DNA of 32,000 nucleotides. Source: Wolbachia endosymbiont strain TRS of Brugia malayi (GTDB lineage Bacteria; Pseudomonadota; Alphaproteobacteria; Rickettsiales; Anaplasmataceae). The notes under the pieces were generated by a model, which did no database searches, was not told the DNA's origin, and saw only the letters and a program-made list of their open reading frames with translations. Positions 29,223 to 32,000 of the stretch are shown here, in pieces (positions within the stretch are counted from its first letter, which is position 1; every line of letters starts with the position of its first letter). Location: contig NC_006833.1 of NCBI RefSeq assembly GCF_000008385.1, positions 450,001-482,000 on the forward strand. The letters are read 5' to 3'. The translations under genes were made by a program, and so were the position numbers.

Positions 29223-31254
29223 AAAAAGCCTTAGTACAATTTGCCATTATTTTCGAAGCACGACTTATTGAATCTGTCATATAGAAATTACACTCTTTTA
29301 GGAAGAAAGGTACACTACTTAATTTTATCTCGTTGCAGGTAATTGACATCCATTTGTTTTTTACCACTTGATCAGTGTTTCTAAATTGTGGGCCAATAGC
29401 ATCTAACTTTTTTCTCACGTCAAATAAACTATCATATGGTAAGGAAAGACCCAAATACTGGGATAAATTCTTAATAATCGACCAATCCTCCTTTGCTTCA
29501 CCAGGGGGAGATACAGCTAACTTTGCCCTCTGCACTCGCCCTTCAGTGTTTACATAAGTTGCATATTTCTCTGTATATGCAGCTCCAGGTAAGATAATGT
29601 CTGCCATGTGTGCCCCTCTGTCTCCATGATGGCCTTGGTAAATCACAAAAGCATTTTCTAATTTTAATGTGTTAATTTCATCTGCACCGAGAAGATAAAC
29701 AACTTCTATCTCGCCACTTTCTGCTTGTTCCAGTATTTGGTTAATATTTTTTCCATCTTTTTTAGGAACGAACCCAATATCTAGTCCACCAACTCTTGCT
29801 GCAGCTTTATGCAGCACATTAAAGCCATTCCAGTCATTTCTAACCATGTTAAACTTTTCTGCGATTGCACCAGCTAGAGCTAAAATTGATTCAGAATCAT
29901 CCCTTGTCAATGCATCTTGACCGATAATGAGCATAGGGTTCTGAGCAGCGCTAAGCAGCTTGCAAAATTTATGATTCCCTTTTGCTATTTCATTTAAAAC
30001 ACCAGGATTATTACCCAACTTTTCAACGTGATATAAGTATTCAATGTCAGGACCGATGCTTGCAATAGGAAAATTACCTTGTAAATATCTTTTTCTTATA
30101 CGCGCATTAATAATAGGTGCCTCTACTTTGGGATTTGTGTTTATAAGTAGGCATAGATCTACATTTTCTATACCTTCGATAGTGGTATTGAACACATATG
30201 ACCCACGATTATTTGGTATAAGTTTTGCTCCATCCTGTCTGCAATCTATATTTGATGAACCGAGCTTCTGCATAATTTCTTTCAGTAGAAGCATAGACTC
30301 ACAATCCGCTAAATCGCCTGCAATGGCAGCTATTTTGTTCGGTTTTGTACTCCTTAGTTTTTTTGCAGCAACAGTTAGTGCTTCATTCCAATCAGCTGGA
30401 ACTAACCTATTGTCTCTCTTTATATATGGTTGATCGAGGCGTTGCACTTTGAGTCCATCATAAGCAAAACGAGTTTTATCTGATATCCATTCCTCGTTTA
30501 CTTCTTCATTGAGTCTTGGCAGTATTCGCATAACTTCTGGACCACGATAATCAACTCTAATACTGCTTCCCACAGCATCAAGTACATCTATAGTTTCACA
30601 GTGTGATAGCTCCCATGGACGTGCTGTAAAAGAGTAAGGTTTTGAAGTTAAAGCCCCTACAGGACAAAGATCTATTATATTTCCAGATAATTCAGAGCTA
30701 ATGTGTTTTTTTATGTAAGTGCTGATTTCCATATTCTCTCCTCTTCCAATTCCTCCAAGTTCGTTTGTACCTGCAACGTCAGACAAGAATCTAATACACC
30801 GAGTACAATGAATGCATCGATTCATCGCAGCTTCAATCAGTTGCCCAAAATGTTTTTTTGGTATAGCTCTTTTATGCTCATCAAACCTGCTGTTTCCTTT
30901 TCCATAGACCACAGTTATATCTTGCAAATCGCACTCACCACCTTGATCACAAATTGGACAATCAAGCGGATGGTTGATTAGTAAAAACTCGAGCACTCCT
31001 TCACGTGCCTTTTTGACTTTAGGGGTGTCAGTGTAAATAACCATACCTTCTGCAACTGGCATTGCACAGGAGGCTACTGGTTTTGGAGGTCCACCTTTCA
31101 CTTCAACCAGACACATTCTGCAGTTACCTGCAATTGCTAAACGCTCATGGTAACAGAAGCGTGGAATTTCAACGCCCACGGTTTCACAAGCTTGAATTAT
31201 AGTAAGCCCAGGCTTTACTTCACATTCCTGAGAATTAATAGTAATTTTAACCAC
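29206..31254 (-). CDS. nuoG: NADH-quinone oxidoreductase subunit G
   Basis: 682 aa. 2Fe-2S '[19 protein letters not shown]', 4Fe-4S '[18 protein letters not shown]', '[11 protein letters not shown]', '[22 protein letters not shown]'. Confidence 0.98.
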   Translation of the reverse strand: MVKITINSQECEVKPGLTIIQACETVGVEIPRFCYHERLAIAGNCRMCLVEVKGGPPKPVASCAMPVAEGMVIYTDTPKVKKAREGVLEFLLINHPLDCPICDQGGECDLQDITVVYGKGNSRFDEHKRAIPKKHFGQLIEAAMNRCIHCTRCIRFLSDVAGTNELGGIGRGENMEISTYIKKHISSELSGNIIDLCPVGALTSKPYSFTARPWELSHCETIDVLDAVGSSIRVDYRGPEVMRILPRLNEEVNEEWISDKTRFAYDGLKVQRLDQPYIKRDNRLVPADWNEALTVAAKKLRSTKPNKIAAIAGDLADCESMLLLKEIMQKLGSSNIDCRQDGAKLIPNNRGSYVFNTTIEGIENVDLCLLINTNPKVEAPIINARIRKRYLQGNFPIASIGPDIEYLYHVEKLGNNPGVLNEIAKGNHKFCKLLSAAQNPMLIIGQDALTRDDSESILALAGAIAEKFNMVRNDWNGFNVLHKAAARVGGLDIGFVPKKDGKNINQILEQAESGEIEVVYLLGADEINTLKLENAFVIYQGHHGDRGAHMADIILPGAAYTEKYATYVNTEGRVQRAKLAVSPPGEAKEDWSIIKNLSQYLGLSLPYDSLFDVRKKLDAIGPQFRNTDQVVKNKWMSITCNEIKLSSVPFFLKECNFYMTDSISRASKIMANCTKAFYEHAS

Positions 31255-31267
31255 AAGTTTAAACCTA

Positions 31268-31480
31268 CTATACAGCTTCCCACTTTATAGGGTTACCGCT
31301 CACTTCATCTTCAACTAGATTGCCATTATCATATTGAGCAGATATATAATTCATGCGTGAATCACGGTCTATATATCTGACCGGTTTTACTGGCTTATTT
31401 TTATACATTTTTTGTTCTGCTTTTTTACGTTGAGTAGGGTTATTTTTACTAGCTGTTTTCGCTTTTCCGTCTGCTGCCAT
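31268..31480 (-). CDS. Small basic hypothetical protein upstream of nuoG
   Basis: 70-aa ORF 13 bp upstream of nuoG on the same strand. Non-random composition: Lys-rich N-terminus, then 'RYIDRDSRMNYISAQYDNGNLVEDEVSGNPIKWEAV'. Confidence 0.6.
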   Translation of the reverse strand: MAADGKAKTASKNNPTQRKKAEQKMYKNKPVKPVRYIDRDSRMNYISAQYDNGNLVEDEVSGNPIKWEAV

Positions 31481-31570
31481 ATGAACTCCTAAAAACTTCT
31501 TATTTTATTTTAAGACTTAAGTGTATAGCGTCAATATTAAATAACTTTAAAGTTTTAATGAATAGCTAGA

Positions 31571-31876
31571 AATGCAAAAAGCTACTTGACAAATCTTGCC
31601 AACCACTATAGCACTGAAGTATTCAGTCATCTTTAATCTGTGCAGATTAAATAACAAAGTATCACGTAGTTAGCATCTTATGTTTAATTTTTTGCACTAT
31701 GTGCACCCTTACTTCTTTACAATATTTCTTAGGTTTTTACCTATATAAGCTGGAACGCGCTTATAAAGCATTTAAGACAGTATAGTACGCCAATTTGCAA
31801 GATTAGAGAGTAAACACTATCTGCTCGAGATATCTTTTGCCTTTTTTTCTATTTAATAAATCTCTTAATGTTTGTA
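31571..31876 (-). repeat. Dispersed intergenic repeat, copy D
   Basis: Reverse complement shows 'CTCTCTAATCTTGCAAATTGGCGTACTATACTGTCTTAAATGCTTTATAAGCGCGTTCCAGCTTATATAGGTAAAAACCT...GGGTGCACATAGTGCAAAA...AATCTGCACAGATT...TGTCAAGTAGCTTTTT', closely matching copy B. Confidence 0.88.
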
Positions 31877-31879
31877 GCT

Positions 31880-32000
31880 ACTGTCATCCCGCTACTTGTT
31901 AGCAGGACCTAGAGATGCCACAAATGAATTGCGAGATAACGTAGGGCTGCGATACCCCAGCGCGTGATGCTGGTTTCTCATACTGAAAAACCATAGGATG
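31880..32000. repeat. Palindrome-bearing intergenic element, cut by window end
   Basis: 'TGTCATCCCGCTACTTGTTAGCAGG' contains CCCGCTA-cttgt-TAGCAGG (31888-31906, one mismatch). 'CCAGC-gcgtgat-GCTGG' follows at 31957-31973. Confidence 0.45.

Noticed and set aside
1-32000. CRISPR array, defence system, cif/cytoplasmic incompatibility operon, toxin-antitoxin pair or secretion system
   Set aside because: No regularly spaced direct repeats, no cas, nuclease-plus-modification pairs or cifA/cifB-like large genes. The Rpn-like nuclease stands alone without an immunity partner.

Overview
The window looks like a Wolbachia (Rickettsiales, Anaplasmataceae) chromosome segment: AT-rich, with Wolbachia/Rickettsiales-type housekeeping genes, decayed genes and a dispersed non-coding repeat. 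In order it contains: the 3' end of prfA; a Bcr/CflA-type MFS efflux protein (-); a poorly supported ORF at 2600-2980; alaS (+); an 885-aa coiled-coil/membrane protein of unknown function (-); a eukaryote-like (type 2) ileS (-); miaB (-); nth (-); a decayed J-domain plus membrane-domain gene (-); icd (-); a frameshifted RDD-family membrane gene (+); an uncharacterised membrane protein (+); glyQ, glyS and uvrC (+, the last two overlapping); a heavily decayed large serine recombinase of the type found with WO prophage (-); hemB (-); an Rpn/PD-(D/E)XK-type nuclease (-); nuoH and nuoG (-, overlapping); and a small basic conserved-looking protein (-). I found no CRISPR array, defence island, cytoplasmic incompatibility gene pair, rRNA or confident tRNA. 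The most interesting non-coding signal is a four-copy, roughly 280-320 bp interspersed element carrying a small hairpin whose pairing is partly preserved by covarying bases. The most interesting protein is the 885-aa unknown at 5742-8399.
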